A program made the position numbers and the translations under genes. Under the pieces are notes generated by a model. The model searched no databases and was not told the DNA's origin. It saw only the letters and a list, made by a program, of their open reading frames with translations. A stretch of 64,000 nucleotides of DNA from Faecousia sp. (GTDB taxonomy: Bacteria > Bacillota > Clostridia > Oscillospirales > Oscillospiraceae): assembly GCA_051867275.1 (NCBI GenBank), contig JBJDYK010000127.1, positions 3,495 through 67,494 of the forward strand. Reading direction: 5' to 3'. Of this stretch, positions 1-9,423 are shown in pieces. Numbering within the stretch: position 1 is the stretch's first letter; the number at the start of each line of letters is the position of its first letter.

Positions 1-540
1 GACGATGAGGAGTGGAATAAGCTGGGCATGGCTTCGGCCGCCCTGAGCCAGACGGATATTCGGGTGGACGACAACCCCTCCATCACCGTGGCGGAGATGA
101 ACGCCAAGCTGCGCCGGGTGGAAAACCTGGGCCTGGTGGTCATTGACTATCTGCAATTGATGACCAGCTCCGGCTACGGCAAGCAGGCGGAGAACCGGGT
201 CAACGTGGTGTCGGATATTTCCCGTTCCCTGAAGATCATGGCCAAGGAGCTGAATGTGCCGGTGATCTGCCTGAGCCAGTTGTCCCGTGCCAACGAAAGC
301 CGGACGGATAAGCGGCCCATGCTGTCGGACCTGCGTGAATCCGGCGCCATCGAGCAGGACGCCGACGAGGTGCTGTTCCTCTACCGGGATGACTATTACA
401 ATCCCAACTCAGAGGAGAAGAACGTGGCCGAATGTATCGTTTCCAAGAACCGCCACGGCGAAACCGGTACGGTGAAGCTCCAGTGGCTGCCCCAGTATAC
501 GACCTTTGCCGACCGGGAATGGCGGCATGAGGAGGGATAA
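1..540 (+). CDS. dnaB: Replicative DNA helicase, C-terminal part (5' truncated by window)
   Basis: Motifs VIDYLQLM, SQLSR, RPMLSDLRESGAIEQDAD, KNRHG; frame open from base 1. Confidence 0.97.
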   Translation, partial: DDEEWNKLGMASAALSQTDIRVDDNPSITVAEMNAKLRRVENLGLVVIDYLQLMTSSGYGKQAENRVNVVSDISRSLKIMAKELNVPVICLSQLSRANESRTDKRPMLSDLRESGAIEQDADEVLFLYRDDYYNPNSEEKNVAECIVSKNRHGETGTVKLQWLPQYTTFADREWRHEEG

Positions 541-542
541 GG

Positions 543-1865
543 GTGGAATTTCAGGATCAGGTTCTTTCGTTTTGCCGGGATTGGGGCCTGCTGGCTCCCG
601 GGGATCAGGTCATCTGCGCCCTGTCCGGAGGGCTGGACTCCATGGCGCTGCTGTGGAGCCTGGTTCTTCTGCGGGAGAAGCTGGAGCTGGACCTTTCCGC
701 CGCCCATTTTAACCACGGTCTGCGGGGGGCGGAGTCGGACCGGGACGAGGCCTTCGTCCGGGACTTCTGCCGGGGCCACTCCATTCCGCTTCAGGTGGGC
801 AGGGGGCAGGTGCATTCCTGCGGCCGGGGGCTGGAGGACGCCGCCCGCCAGGCCCGCTATCGCTTTTTGGAGTCCCTGGACCCGGACGCCAAAATCGCCA
901 CCGCCCACACCGCCGACGACAACGCCGAGACGGTGCTGCTGCACCTGCTCCGTGGCTCCGGCCTGAAGGGACTGGGCGGCATCGCCCCCCGGCGGGGCAG
1001 GCTGATTCGGCCCATGCTTCTGCTGACCCGCCAGGAGGTGGAGGCGTTTCTGTCCCGGTGGAATATCCCCCATGTGGAGGACAGCACCAACGGGGAGGAC
1101 GGCTTCCTGCGCAACCGGCTTCGCAGTCAGGTGATGACGCCACTGCGCCGGGAGAATCCCAGGTTTTCCCCCAATGTGAGCCGCATGGCCTTTTCCTTGC
1201 GCCAGGACGAGGATTGCCTTGACACCCTGGCACAGCAGGCATTGCAGGAATGGAGCAGGGAGGGGGGACTGGATTGCCGGGGCGTGGCCAAGCTCCATCC
1301 CGCCATCCGGGATCGGGTTCTGGGTGACTTTCTGCGGCGCTGCGGCGTCCGGGAGCCGGAAGCGAGCCACATCCGCGCCGTTGCGGATCTGCTGGAATCC
1401 ATCAGCCCCTCCGCCCGGGTCAACCTGCCGGGCGGCGTGGTTCTGGGAAGACAGTACGGTCTTCTCGTTCCCTGTACGCCCATGCCGGAATGGGAGCCGG
1501 TTTTGCTGCGAATCCCCGGAGAAACCCGTGTTCCGGGCTGGAAAGTTTGTTGCCAATTTAGAGAAAATTTCCACAAAAACCAAAATAAACCGTTCACTTT
1601 TGGGATCTCCTGTGATAGAATAGACCCATCTTATTTGACGCTCCGAACCCGGCTGCCCGGGGACCGGATGGGCCTGTCCGGGGGACACAAAAGCCTGAAG
1701 CGGATTCTCATCGACCGGAAAATTCCTGCCGCCCAGCGGGACAGCCTGCCTGTGATTGCCGCGGGAGACGCGGTTTTGGCCGTGGCCGGAGTGGGCGTCA
1801 ATCTGGATTACGAAGCCAAGCCAGGCGCGCCCGCGCTGGTGATCGAGCTGGAAAAAATCGGATAA
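543..1865 (+). CDS. tilS: tRNA(Ile)-lysidine synthetase
   Basis: PP-loop ALSGGLDS, HFNHGLRG, AHTADDNAET, RNRLR; tilS-hpt-ftsH synteny; GTG start. Confidence 0.96.
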   Translation: MEFQDQVLSFCRDWGLLAPGDQVICALSGGLDSMALLWSLVLLREKLELDLSAAHFNHGLRGAESDRDEAFVRDFCRGHSIPLQVGRGQVHSCGRGLEDAARQARYRFLESLDPDAKIATAHTADDNAETVLLHLLRGSGLKGLGGIAPRRGRLIRPMLLLTRQEVEAFLSRWNIPHVEDSTNGEDGFLRNRLRSQVMTPLRRENPRFSPNVSRMAFSLRQDEDCLDTLAQQALQEWSREGGLDCRGVAKLHPAIRDRVLGDFLRRCGVREPEASHIRAVADLLESISPSARVNLPGGVVLGRQYGLLVPCTPMPEWEPVLLRIPGETRVPGWKVCCQFRENFHKNQNKPFTFGISCDRIDPSYLTLRTRLPGDRMGLSGGHKSLKRILIDRKIPAAQRDSLPVIAAGDAVLAVAGVGVNLDYEAKPGAPALVIELEKIG

Positions 1866-1883
1866 AGAGAGAGGTTTTCTGCC

Positions 1884-2420
1884 ATGCACAATGACATCGA
1901 ACGTGTGTTACTGACCGAGGAGCAGATCCACAGCCGCATTCAGGAGTTGGGTCAGGAGCTGGCCGGGGAGTATGAGGGAAAGCACCCGATTTTTGTGGGG
2001 ATCCTCAAGGGTGTGGTGCTGTTCTTCTCGGATATGGTTCGCGCCATCCCCATTGACTGTCAGTTTGATTTTATGTGCGTTTCCTCCTATAAGGGTACCC
2101 AGTCCACCGGCACCATCAACGTGAAGATGGATCTTTCCGCCGACATTGCCGGCCGTCATGTGGTGATTCTGGAGGATATCATTGACTCCGGTCTGACCCT
2201 GAAGCACACGGTGGAGTATTTGAAAACCAAGGGTCCCGCCTCCGTGAAGATCTGCACCCTGCTGGATAAGCCGGAGCGGCGCATGGCGGACATTCAGGCC
2301 GATTATGTGGGCTTCACCATTCCCAACGAGTTTGTGGTGGGCTATGGATTGGATTATGACGAGGCTTACCGGAATCTGCCCTATGTGGGTGTCCTGAAGC
2401 CCGAGGCATACATGAAGTAA
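1884..2420 (+). CDS. hpt: Hypoxanthine phosphoribosyltransferase
   Basis: ILKG, VILEDIIDSGLT PRPP motif, FVVGYGLDY. Confidence 0.97.
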   Translation: MHNDIERVLLTEEQIHSRIQELGQELAGEYEGKHPIFVGILKGVVLFFSDMVRAIPIDCQFDFMCVSSYKGTQSTGTINVKMDLSADIAGRHVVILEDIIDSGLTLKHTVEYLKTKGPASVKICTLLDKPERRMADIQADYVGFTIPNEFVVGYGLDYDEAYRNLPYVGVLKPEAYMK

Positions 2421-2439
2421 GGAAAAGGAGACTGTTCGC

Positions 2440-4296
2440 TTGAAGCGTAAGAATTTTGCGGTAACGCTTGTTTATATTGTCATTCTCATTTCGCTCTTCT
2501 CCTGGATTTTCAAAACGGTGAAGAACCTGGTGGATCCACCCCTGTCCTATGCCCAGGTGGTAACGCTCTTTGAAAAGGAGCAGGTGAAGAGCTTTGTGGT
2601 GCGGGACGGCACCGTCTACCTGGAACTGAACTGGCCTCTGGGCGGGAAGACTGAGGTGGAGGGCAACGCCACCGCCGAGGCGCTGCGGCAGGACTTGGGG
2701 GATCTGTTCCGGACCCAACTGGAAAAGGGGGTCCTAGAGGATTATACCTTTATGCCCGACTCGGAGCCCTCCGTGTTTGTGAAGGCCATCCCCTATTTTC
2801 TGGCGGGCGTGTTGCTGCTGCTGATCTGGGCCATGATGAGTTCCCAGAACAACGGCAACAACCTGGCGGGCTTTACCAGGGCCAAGGCCAGCCTGGGTTC
2901 TTCCGATGATGTCACCTTCCGGGATGTTGCCGGTGTGGATGAGGAGCTGGAGGAGCTGCAGGAGGTGGTGGACTTCCTGCGCCAGCCGGAGCGGTTCCGG
3001 GAAATGGGCGCCAAGGTGCCCAAGGGCGTTTTGCTGGTGGGCCCTCCGGGAACCGGTAAGACCCTCCTGGCCCGGGCTGTGGCCGGTGAGGCGGGGGTGC
3101 AGTTCCTGTCCATTTCCGGCTCCGATTTCCTGGAGCTGTATGTGGGCGTGGGCGCCAGCCGTGTGCGGGACCTGTTTGAGCAGGCCAAGCGGTTAGCACC
3201 TGCCATTGTGTTCATTGATGAAATCGATGCCGTAGGCCGTCGCCGGGGCGCCGGCGTGGGCGGCGGTCATGACGAACGGGAGCAGACCCTGAACCAGCTT
3301 CTGGTGGAGATGGACGGCTTCCAGAAGACCGAGGGCGTCATCGTCCTGGCTGCCACCAACCGGCAGGACATTCTGGACCCGGCCCTGCTGCGGCCCGGCC
3401 GGTTTGACCGGCAGATCTATGTGGGCCTGCCCGACTCCAAGGGCCGGGAGGACATTCTGAAGATTCATGCCCGGAACAAGCGGCTGGATGCCCAGGTGAG
3501 CCTGAAGCAGATTGCCCTGGCTACCGGCGGCTTCACCGGCGCGGACCTGAAGAATCTGCTGAACGAGGCTGCCATTCTGGCGGTCCGGGAGAAGCATCCC
3601 GTCATTACCGCCGGGGACATTGACGAGGCCATGATGAAGGTCATCGCCGGTCCCCGGAAAAAGAGCCACAGGCAGCTCCAGCGGGATCTGCGGATCACCG
3701 CCATCCATGAGGCCGGTCACGCGGTGGCCATCTACCATCTGCCCACCCACGACCCGGTCCATCAGATCTCCATCATCCCCAGAGGCAGGACCTTGGGCGT
3801 CACCGTGTACCTGCCGGAGGAGGATTCCGATCACCAGACCCGCAACGAGATGTACGAGCAGATCGTTTCCCTGCTGGGCGGCCGGGTGGCGGAGGAACTG
3901 TTCTGCCAGGACATTTCCACCGGTGCCTCCAATGACCTCCAGCGGGCCACCAAGCTGGCCTGGAGCATGGTGGCCAAGTACGGTATGAGTCAGAGCATCG
4001 GCGCCGTGGTCTATGACGACGAGGAAGAAATTTTCGTGGGCAACAGCTATGAGCGGACCCGGTCCTACTCCCAGCAGACAGCCGGAGCCCTGGACGGTGA
4101 GGTAAAGCGCCTGATCGATAAGGCCTATGACCACTGCCGCCAGCTTCTCCGGGACAACGAGGCCAAGCTTATGCAGATCACCGATTTCCTGCTGAAGCAC
4201 GAGACCATGGGCCGGAAGCAGTTCCTGGCCTGCATGGAGGGACGGGAAATCGACCCCGACGATACGGAAGGGCTGATTCCCACCGACGCCAACTGA
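2440..4296 (+). CDS. ftsH: ATP-dependent zinc metalloprotease FtsH
   Basis: Two N-terminal TM segments, Walker [23 protein letters not shown]; TTG start after AAGGAG. Confidence 0.96.
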   Translation: MKRKNFAVTLVYIVILISLFSWIFKTVKNLVDPPLSYAQVVTLFEKEQVKSFVVRDGTVYLELNWPLGGKTEVEGNATAEALRQDLGDLFRTQLEKGVLEDYTFMPDSEPSVFVKAIPYFLAGVLLLLIWAMMSSQNNGNNLAGFTRAKASLGSSDDVTFRDVAGVDEELEELQEVVDFLRQPERFREMGAKVPKGVLLVGPPGTGKTLLARAVAGEAGVQFLSISGSDFLELYVGVGASRVRDLFEQAKRLAPAIVFIDEIDAVGRRRGAGVGGGHDEREQTLNQLLVEMDGFQKTEGVIVLAATNRQDILDPALLRPGRFDRQIYVGLPDSKGREDILKIHARNKRLDAQVSLKQIALATGGFTGADLKNLLNEAAILAVREKHPVITAGDIDEAMMKVIAGPRKKSHRQLQRDLRITAIHEAGHAVAIYHLPTHDPVHQISIIPRGRTLGVTVYLPEEDSDHQTRNEMYEQIVSLLGGRVAEELFCQDISTGASNDLQRATKLAWSMVAKYGMSQSIGAVVYDDEEEIFVGNSYERTRSYSQQTAGALDGEVKRLIDKAYDHCRQLLRDNEAKLMQITDFLLKHETMGRKQFLACMEGREIDPDDTEGLIPTDAN

Positions 4297-4300
4297 CCAC

Positions 4301-4341
4301 AAAAAGGGCCGGACACGATGCCGCATCGCGTCCGGCCTTGT
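4301..4341 (+). terminator. Hairpin after ftsH, probable terminator
   Basis: GGCCGGACACGATG-CCG-CATCGCGTCCGGCC stem with short T tail. Confidence 0.55.
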
Positions 4342-4359
4342 ATTACAAGGAGAGAGTAT

Positions 4360-4905
4360 ATGATTCCAAAGACCTTGACCGTAAACAACCGAACCTTTCA
4401 GGTGGCGAAGCTGCTGGGAAAGGGGAAGGGCGGCTATTCCTATCTGGTGACGGAGGGGGAAAACGCCTATGTTCTGAAACAGATTCACCATGAGCCCTGT
4501 GATTACTATCAGTTTGGCGACAAGCTGGCCTCGGAGGAGCGGGACTATGAACGGCTGCTGGCGGTGGGGATTCCCATGCCCCGTCTTCTGGAGGTGGACC
4601 GGCAGCAGGAGCGGCTGCTGAAGACCTACATCCAGGGCCCCACCGTCTATGACCTGGTTCTCCGGGATCAAATGAAAGGCACATATCTTCAGCAAATGGA
4701 AGATATGTGCCGGAAGCTGTACCCTGCCGGGCTGAATATCGACTATTTCCCCACAAACTTTGTGGTGCAGCAGGAGACCCTTTATTACATTGATTTTGAA
4801 TGCAACGGGTATATGGACCAGTGGAATTTTGAAAACTGGGGCGTGAAATACTGGTCCAAAACCCAGGAATTCCTGGATTACGCCGCAAAAAACTTCCGGA
4901 AATGA
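4360..4905 (+). CDS. Small protein-kinase-like (RIO/Bud32/Kdo-type fold) hypothetical protein
   Basis: Gly loop LLGKGKGGYSY, VLK lysine, catalytic-like NIDYFPTNF, metal-binding YIDFE; RBS AAGGAG before ATG 4360. Confidence 0.6.
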   Translation: MIPKTLTVNNRTFQVAKLLGKGKGGYSYLVTEGENAYVLKQIHHEPCDYYQFGDKLASEERDYERLLAVGIPMPRLLEVDRQQERLLKTYIQGPTVYDLVLRDQMKGTYLQQMEDMCRKLYPAGLNIDYFPTNFVVQQETLYYIDFECNGYMDQWNFENWGVKYWSKTQEFLDYAAKNFRK

Positions 4906-4942
4906 TTGTTTTGCACAGCACCCACTGTAGGGGAGGGTCATG
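4903..4942. repeat. Truncated GTAG REP-like copy (family A)
   Basis: CACCCACTGTAGGGGAGGGTCATG equals the reverse complement of the right end of the element at 51660-51814. Confidence 0.7.
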
Positions 4943-4974
4943 GTGGGAAACAGTGTGTTCATAAGATGTCCGCC

Positions 4975-5457
4975 CTATTTATGATATTTACTGCCGGCCT
5001 GGATGGCCTCGGCCCGATAGATCTGCTCCAGAACCATGACGCGGGCCAGGTGGTGAGGGAAGGTCATTTTTCCCATGGACAGCAGAAAGTCCGCCTGCGC
5101 CTTGATGCCCGGGTCGATTCCAAAGGAGGAGCCAATGAGAAAGCAGGCTCCGCTGCGGCCGGACAGCTTCACCTGAGCCAGCTTCCGGGCAAATTCCTCG
5201 GAGGTGGGGTTGCTCCCCTCGGAGGTCAGCACACAGAACCAGGCCCCCTTGGGAATCCGCTGGCGAATCAGCTCCGCCTCCCTGGCAAGACCAGCCGCGA
5301 TTTCCGAGGGCTGGGGATTTTCCGGCAGGCGGCACTCCGGCAGCTCCAGAAGCTGGAACTTGCAGTAGCCTGCCAGCCGCTTTTCATACTCCGCCGCGGC
5401 GGAGAGATAAAATTTTTCCTTCAGTTTGCCCATGGCAAGGAGGGTGATTTGAAACAT
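4975..5457 (-). CDS. rlmH: 23S rRNA pseudouridine-1915 N3-methyltransferase
   Basis: GKLKEK, FLIGSSFG, MTFPHHLARVMVLEQIYRA, YHK end. Confidence 0.96.
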   Translation of the reverse strand: MFQITLLAMGKLKEKFYLSAAAEYEKRLAGYCKFQLLELPECRLPENPQPSEIAAGLAREAELIRQRIPKGAWFCVLTSEGSNPTSEEFARKLAQVKLSGRSGACFLIGSSFGIDPGIKAQADFLLSMGKMTFPHHLARVMVLEQIYRAEAIQAGSKYHK

Positions 5458-5524
5458 GAAGTCACCTCCGGGGATTTTCTTTTATTCTATCACAGACGAT
5501 GTATTTCAGCAAGAGGGGGAAATC

Positions 5525-6385
5525 ATGCATTACGAACATTGCACCCTTTGCCCCAGAGCCTGCGGCGTGAACCGGCTCCGGAGCCGGGGCTTCTGCCGCA
5601 TGCCCGCCGGCGCCCGGGTGTCCAAAATCATGCGGCATTTCTGGGAGGAGCCGGTGCTGGCCGGGGCCGGTGGCAGCGGGGCCATTTTCTTTTCAGGCTG
5701 CACCCTGGGCTGCCTCTATTGCCAGAATGATGCCATCAGCCGGGGAGGGGCAGGGGAGGCCATGGATGCGGCCCAACTGCGCGGGGCCATGGAGGACCTG
5801 ATTACCCAGGGGGCGGAGAACATCGACCTGGTGACACCCACCCATTTCCTGCCGGATATTCTGCCTGCCCTGACCCCCAAGCTGCCGGTGCCGGTGGTGT
5901 ACAACTGCGGCGGCTATGAGCGGACAGAGACGCTGCGATGCCTGGAGGGGCTGGTGGATATTTACCTGCCGGACCTGAAGTATGCTGACGGGAACCTGGG
6001 GGACCGGCTCTCCGGGGCGAAGGACTACTTTCCTGTGGCGGCGGAGGCCATCCGGGAGATGGTTCGCCAGACCGGCCCCTACGTTATGGAGGGGGACCGG
6101 CTGAAGCGGGGGGTTCTGATCCGCCATCTGATCCTTCCCGGTCAGGTGGAAAACTCCCTGCGGGTACTGGACTGGATCGGGGAGACCTTCCCCAAAGGGA
6201 CGGTACTGGTGTCCCTCATGCGGCAGTACACCCCCATGCCCCGGGTCAGGAACCTGCCGCCCCTGAACCGCACTGTGACCCAGGAGGAATACGAGGCGGT
6301 CCTGAGCTGGATGTTCCTTAACGACCTGAAGGGCTTTACCCAGGAGGCGGAATCGTCAGGCCGGGATTTTATTCCGAATTTCTGA
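5525..6385 (+). CDS. Radical SAM protein, PflX-like (PFL-activating enzyme related)
   Basis: CTLCPRAC, FSGCTLGCLYCQN (CxxxCxxC), DIYLPDLKY, IRHLILPG. Confidence 0.85.
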   Translation: MHYEHCTLCPRACGVNRLRSRGFCRMPAGARVSKIMRHFWEEPVLAGAGGSGAIFFSGCTLGCLYCQNDAISRGGAGEAMDAAQLRGAMEDLITQGAENIDLVTPTHFLPDILPALTPKLPVPVVYNCGGYERTETLRCLEGLVDIYLPDLKYADGNLGDRLSGAKDYFPVAAEAIREMVRQTGPYVMEGDRLKRGVLIRHLILPGQVENSLRVLDWIGETFPKGTVLVSLMRQYTPMPRVRNLPPLNRTVTQEEYEAVLSWMFLNDLKGFTQEAESSGRDFIPNF

Positions 6386-6423
6386 AACAAATGTTTGCAT
6401 TTTGACGCCCCATGTGGTATATT
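6385..6423 (+). promoter_or_regulatory. lexA promoter with SOS-box-like palindrome overlapping -35
   Basis: AAAC-AAAT-GTTT (6385-6396; Firmicute box GAAC-N4-GTTC); TTGCAT-N17-TATATT with extended TG. Confidence 0.65.
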
Positions 6424-6444
6424 GTAGAAAGAGGGGGTATCGCC

Positions 6445-7097
6445 ATGGCACGGACCAGCACCAAGCAGGAGGAAATTCTGCAATATATCAGCAGTTTATC
6501 GGAGAAAACGGCTATGCACTCTCCGTGCGGGAGATCGGCAATGCCGTCGGCCTGCGCTCTACCGCCACCGTCAGCTACCATATGACCCAGCTCCAGAACA
6601 AGGGCCTGGTGTCCTTCGAGTCCGGCAAAAAGCGGGCGATCTCCACACCGTCTCCCAGAGGGGTGCAGATCCCCATTGTGGGTGTGGTGACGGCGGGCCT
6701 ACCCATCCTGGCGGTGGAAAACCAGGAGGGGACCATGTACTGGGAGGGGGACCCTGATTGCTTTGCCCTCCGGGTCCGGGGGGACAGCATGATAAACGCC
6801 GCCATTCTGGACGGGGATCTGGTGGTGGTTCGCCCCCAGCAAATTGCCGAGGACGGGCAGATTGTAGTGGCCATGATCGGGGAGGAAGCCACGGTGAAAA
6901 CCTTCCGCCGCCGTCAGGGCCGTGTCTGGCTCCAGCCGGAAAACCCGGCCTACAGCATCATCGAATCTGATGAGCTTCAAATTCTGGGCCTGGTCAAGGC
7001 TGTGGTCAGATATTACCGACAAATGAAAAAAACCCGACAGGAGATAACACAGGCTATCCTCTGCCGGGTTTTTCCATTACGGGTAGAAGGGCCATGA
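6445..7097 (+). pseudogene. lexA: LexA repressor, frameshifted near 6489 (real lesion or assembly error)
   Basis: ATG 6445 gives MARTSTKQEEILQYI; another frame continues QFIGENGYALSVREIG, VTAG cleavage site, GDSM, ATVK; one base missing at atc/cag. Confidence 0.88.
7026..7074. terminator. Bidirectional hairpin between lexA and blaI
   Basis: AAAAAAACCCGACAGGAGATA...TATCCTCTGCCGGGTTTTT. Confidence 0.6.
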
Positions 7098-7118
7098 GGC
7101 CAATTTGGAGCAGCGTAT

Positions 7119-7480
7119 TCATTGCTCCTCCTCCATCTGCCGCAGAATATCATACAGCTCCTTCATTTGCCTGGAGCTCAGCTTTTTCCGGTTTACCAGG
7201 GAAGCCACCAGCAGGTCCGCGCTGCCGCCATAGTCCCGGTCAATGAGGGTGTCGGTGTTTTTTTCGCAGACCTGTTCCCGGGTGACCAGGGGGTACACAG
7301 GAAGTGGGGATCCGAGCGGGACAGGAAGCCCTTCTCCACGCATCGGGTCAGCATGGTGTAGGAGGTGGTCTTGGACCAACCCAGGCGGACGTTCAGTTCC
7401 GCCGCTGTGTCCTTGGCGCAAAGGGGGCCTTTCTCCCAAAATACATCCATGACCTTTCGTTCTGAATTACTTAGCAGCAT
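7119..7480 (-). pseudogene. BlaI/MecI/CopY family repressor, frameshifted in a C-run at ~7289-7293
   Basis: LSNSERKVMDVFW...WSKTTSYTMLTRCVEKG in one frame and LVTREQV...YGGSADLLVASLV in another; C5 where C6 restores the frame. Confidence 0.85.
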
Positions 7481-7659
7481 ATGCTCACACCCAATTCTAT
7501 TTTCGTAGTATTTATATAAAGTATTGTACACAAACTGCGGCAGTTTGTCAACAGAAACGGTGCAAAAATGGATGATTTTTCCTGAAATGGTTGACTGCCG
7601 GATGGTTTCATGGTAAAACTATAATAGAGTTTGGGCAGACCGCTGCCGGATAGGAGTAA

Positions 7660-9420
7660 ATGAATATGAACGAACGCTGGAATCTGGATCCCCTGTACCA
7701 CGGCTTTGATGACCCTAATTTTCAGAATGACCTGCAGGCCCTGAAGGCGGTCCGCGATAAGCTGGACACCCTCACTATGAACCTGAATGACATGGAGCCC
7801 CGGCAGGCGCTCCGGGGCTGCATTGATGCCCTGGAGGAGCTGGTGAACCTGGGCAACGCCCTGGCTGAGTACGCCTCCCTGCGCCAGTCCGCCGACACCG
7901 GCGACAACGATGCCGCTTCCGCTCTGGGCCAGATCATGGCCGTGTTCAGCCAGTGCGCCGGCGCCGAGGCCCGGTTCAAGGAATACGCGTCCAATGTTCC
8001 CAATCTGGAGCAGGTTCTGGACAGCGACGAGATCCTGTGCCAGTACCGGTTCTTCTTCCGCATGGTGAAGGAGGACAGCCGGTATCTGCTGGGCAGCCTG
8101 GGCGAGAGCATCATGGCAAAGCTCCGCCTCTCCGGCTCCAATGCCTGGGGCGACCTGCAGACCTACCTGACCAGTACCGTCCAGGTGGATTACAACGGTT
8201 CCGTCACCAATCTGTCCGCCATCCGGAACCTGGCCTATGACCCCGACCCCGCCGTCCGCAAGGCGGCCTATGAGGCGGAGCTGGCCTGCTATGAAAAAAT
8301 CAAGGACCCCGTTGCCTTCGCCCTCAATTCCATCAAGCTGGAGACCCTGAACAACGCCCAGCTCCGTGGCTACGAGTCTCCCCTGGATATGACCCTGAAG
8401 GAATCCCGGATGCAGCGGGCGACCCTGGATGCCATGCTGGCTGCCATGGACGAGTATCTGCCCAAGTTCTGGGCCTATCTGAAGGCCAAGGCCAAGGCTC
8501 TGGGCCATGAGGGCGGTCTGCCCTGGTATGATATGTTTGCCCCCATGGGCGGCAGCAGCAAGGCCTACACCACCGAGGATGCCCGGGACTACCTGGTGAA
8601 CCTGTTCGGCACCTTTGATCCCGAGCTGCGGGACATGGTTGCCCGGGCATTTGAGGATGCCTGGATCGACTTCTACCCCAGAGACGGCAAGGCCGGCGGC
8701 GCGTTCTGCTCCGGCATCGAGAAGCTGGGCGAGAGCCGGATTCTGACCAACTTTGACGGCTCCTTCAGCGATGTGGTCACTCTGGCCCATGAGCTGGGCC
8801 ACGCCTTCCATAACCATCAGCTTCGGGATCAGCGCCCCCTGAACCGGGATTACTCCATGCCCGTGGCCGAGACCGCTTCCACCTTTAACGAGTGCGTGGT
8901 CATGAATGCCGCCATTGCCGCCGCCACCGATAAGAACGAAAAGCTGGCCCTCATCGAGTCCCAGCTTCAGGACGCCACCCAGATCATCTGCGACATCTAC
9001 TCCCGCTACCGCTTCGAGGCCGATGTCTTTGCCCACAGAGAGCAGGAGTTTATGCCTGCCGCCCGGCTGTGCGACATGATGCGCGCTGCCCAGAAGGCCT
9101 CCTACGGCGATGGCCTGGATGAGAGTACCCTGCATCCCTATATGTGGGTCTGCAAGAGCCACTACTACGGACCCGTGTTCTACAACTTCCCCTATGCCTT
9201 CGGCGGCCTGTTCGCCCGGGGCCTGTATGCCCAGTATGAGAAGGAGGGCGCGGCCTTCCTGCCCAAGTATAAGAAGCTGCTCCATGAGACCCCTGTCTGC
9301 ACCGTGGAGGAGGCCGCCCAGGTGGCCGGTATCGACCTGACGGACAAGTCCTTCTGGGAGCAGGGCCTGCAAATTCTGGCCGATGAGATCGATCAGTTCA
9401 TCGCCCTGCTGGAGGAATAA
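7660..9420 (+). CDS. M3B oligoendopeptidase (PepF-like)
   Basis: WNLDPLY, GKAGGAFC, TLAHELGHAFH, AETAS, FYNFPYAFG. Confidence 0.92.
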   Translation: MNMNERWNLDPLYHGFDDPNFQNDLQALKAVRDKLDTLTMNLNDMEPRQALRGCIDALEELVNLGNALAEYASLRQSADTGDNDAASALGQIMAVFSQCAGAEARFKEYASNVPNLEQVLDSDEILCQYRFFFRMVKEDSRYLLGSLGESIMAKLRLSGSNAWGDLQTYLTSTVQVDYNGSVTNLSAIRNLAYDPDPAVRKAAYEAELACYEKIKDPVAFALNSIKLETLNNAQLRGYESPLDMTLKESRMQRATLDAMLAAMDEYLPKFWAYLKAKAKALGHEGGLPWYDMFAPMGGSSKAYTTEDARDYLVNLFGTFDPELRDMVARAFEDAWIDFYPRDGKAGGAFCSGIEKLGESRILTNFDGSFSDVVTLAHELGHAFHNHQLRDQRPLNRDYSMPVAETASTFNECVVMNAAIAAATDKNEKLALIESQLQDATQIICDIYSRYRFEADVFAHREQEFMPAARLCDMMRAAQKASYGDGLDESTLHPYMWVCKSHYYGPVFYNFPYAFGGLFARGLYAQYEKEGAAFLPKYKKLLHETPVCTVEEAAQVAGIDLTDKSFWEQGLQILADEIDQFIALLEE

Positions 9421-9423
9421 GAC

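Noticed and set aside
6402-6444. ORF-track start for lexA
   Set aside because: Overlaps the promoter; the real RBS/ATG is at 6445 in another frame
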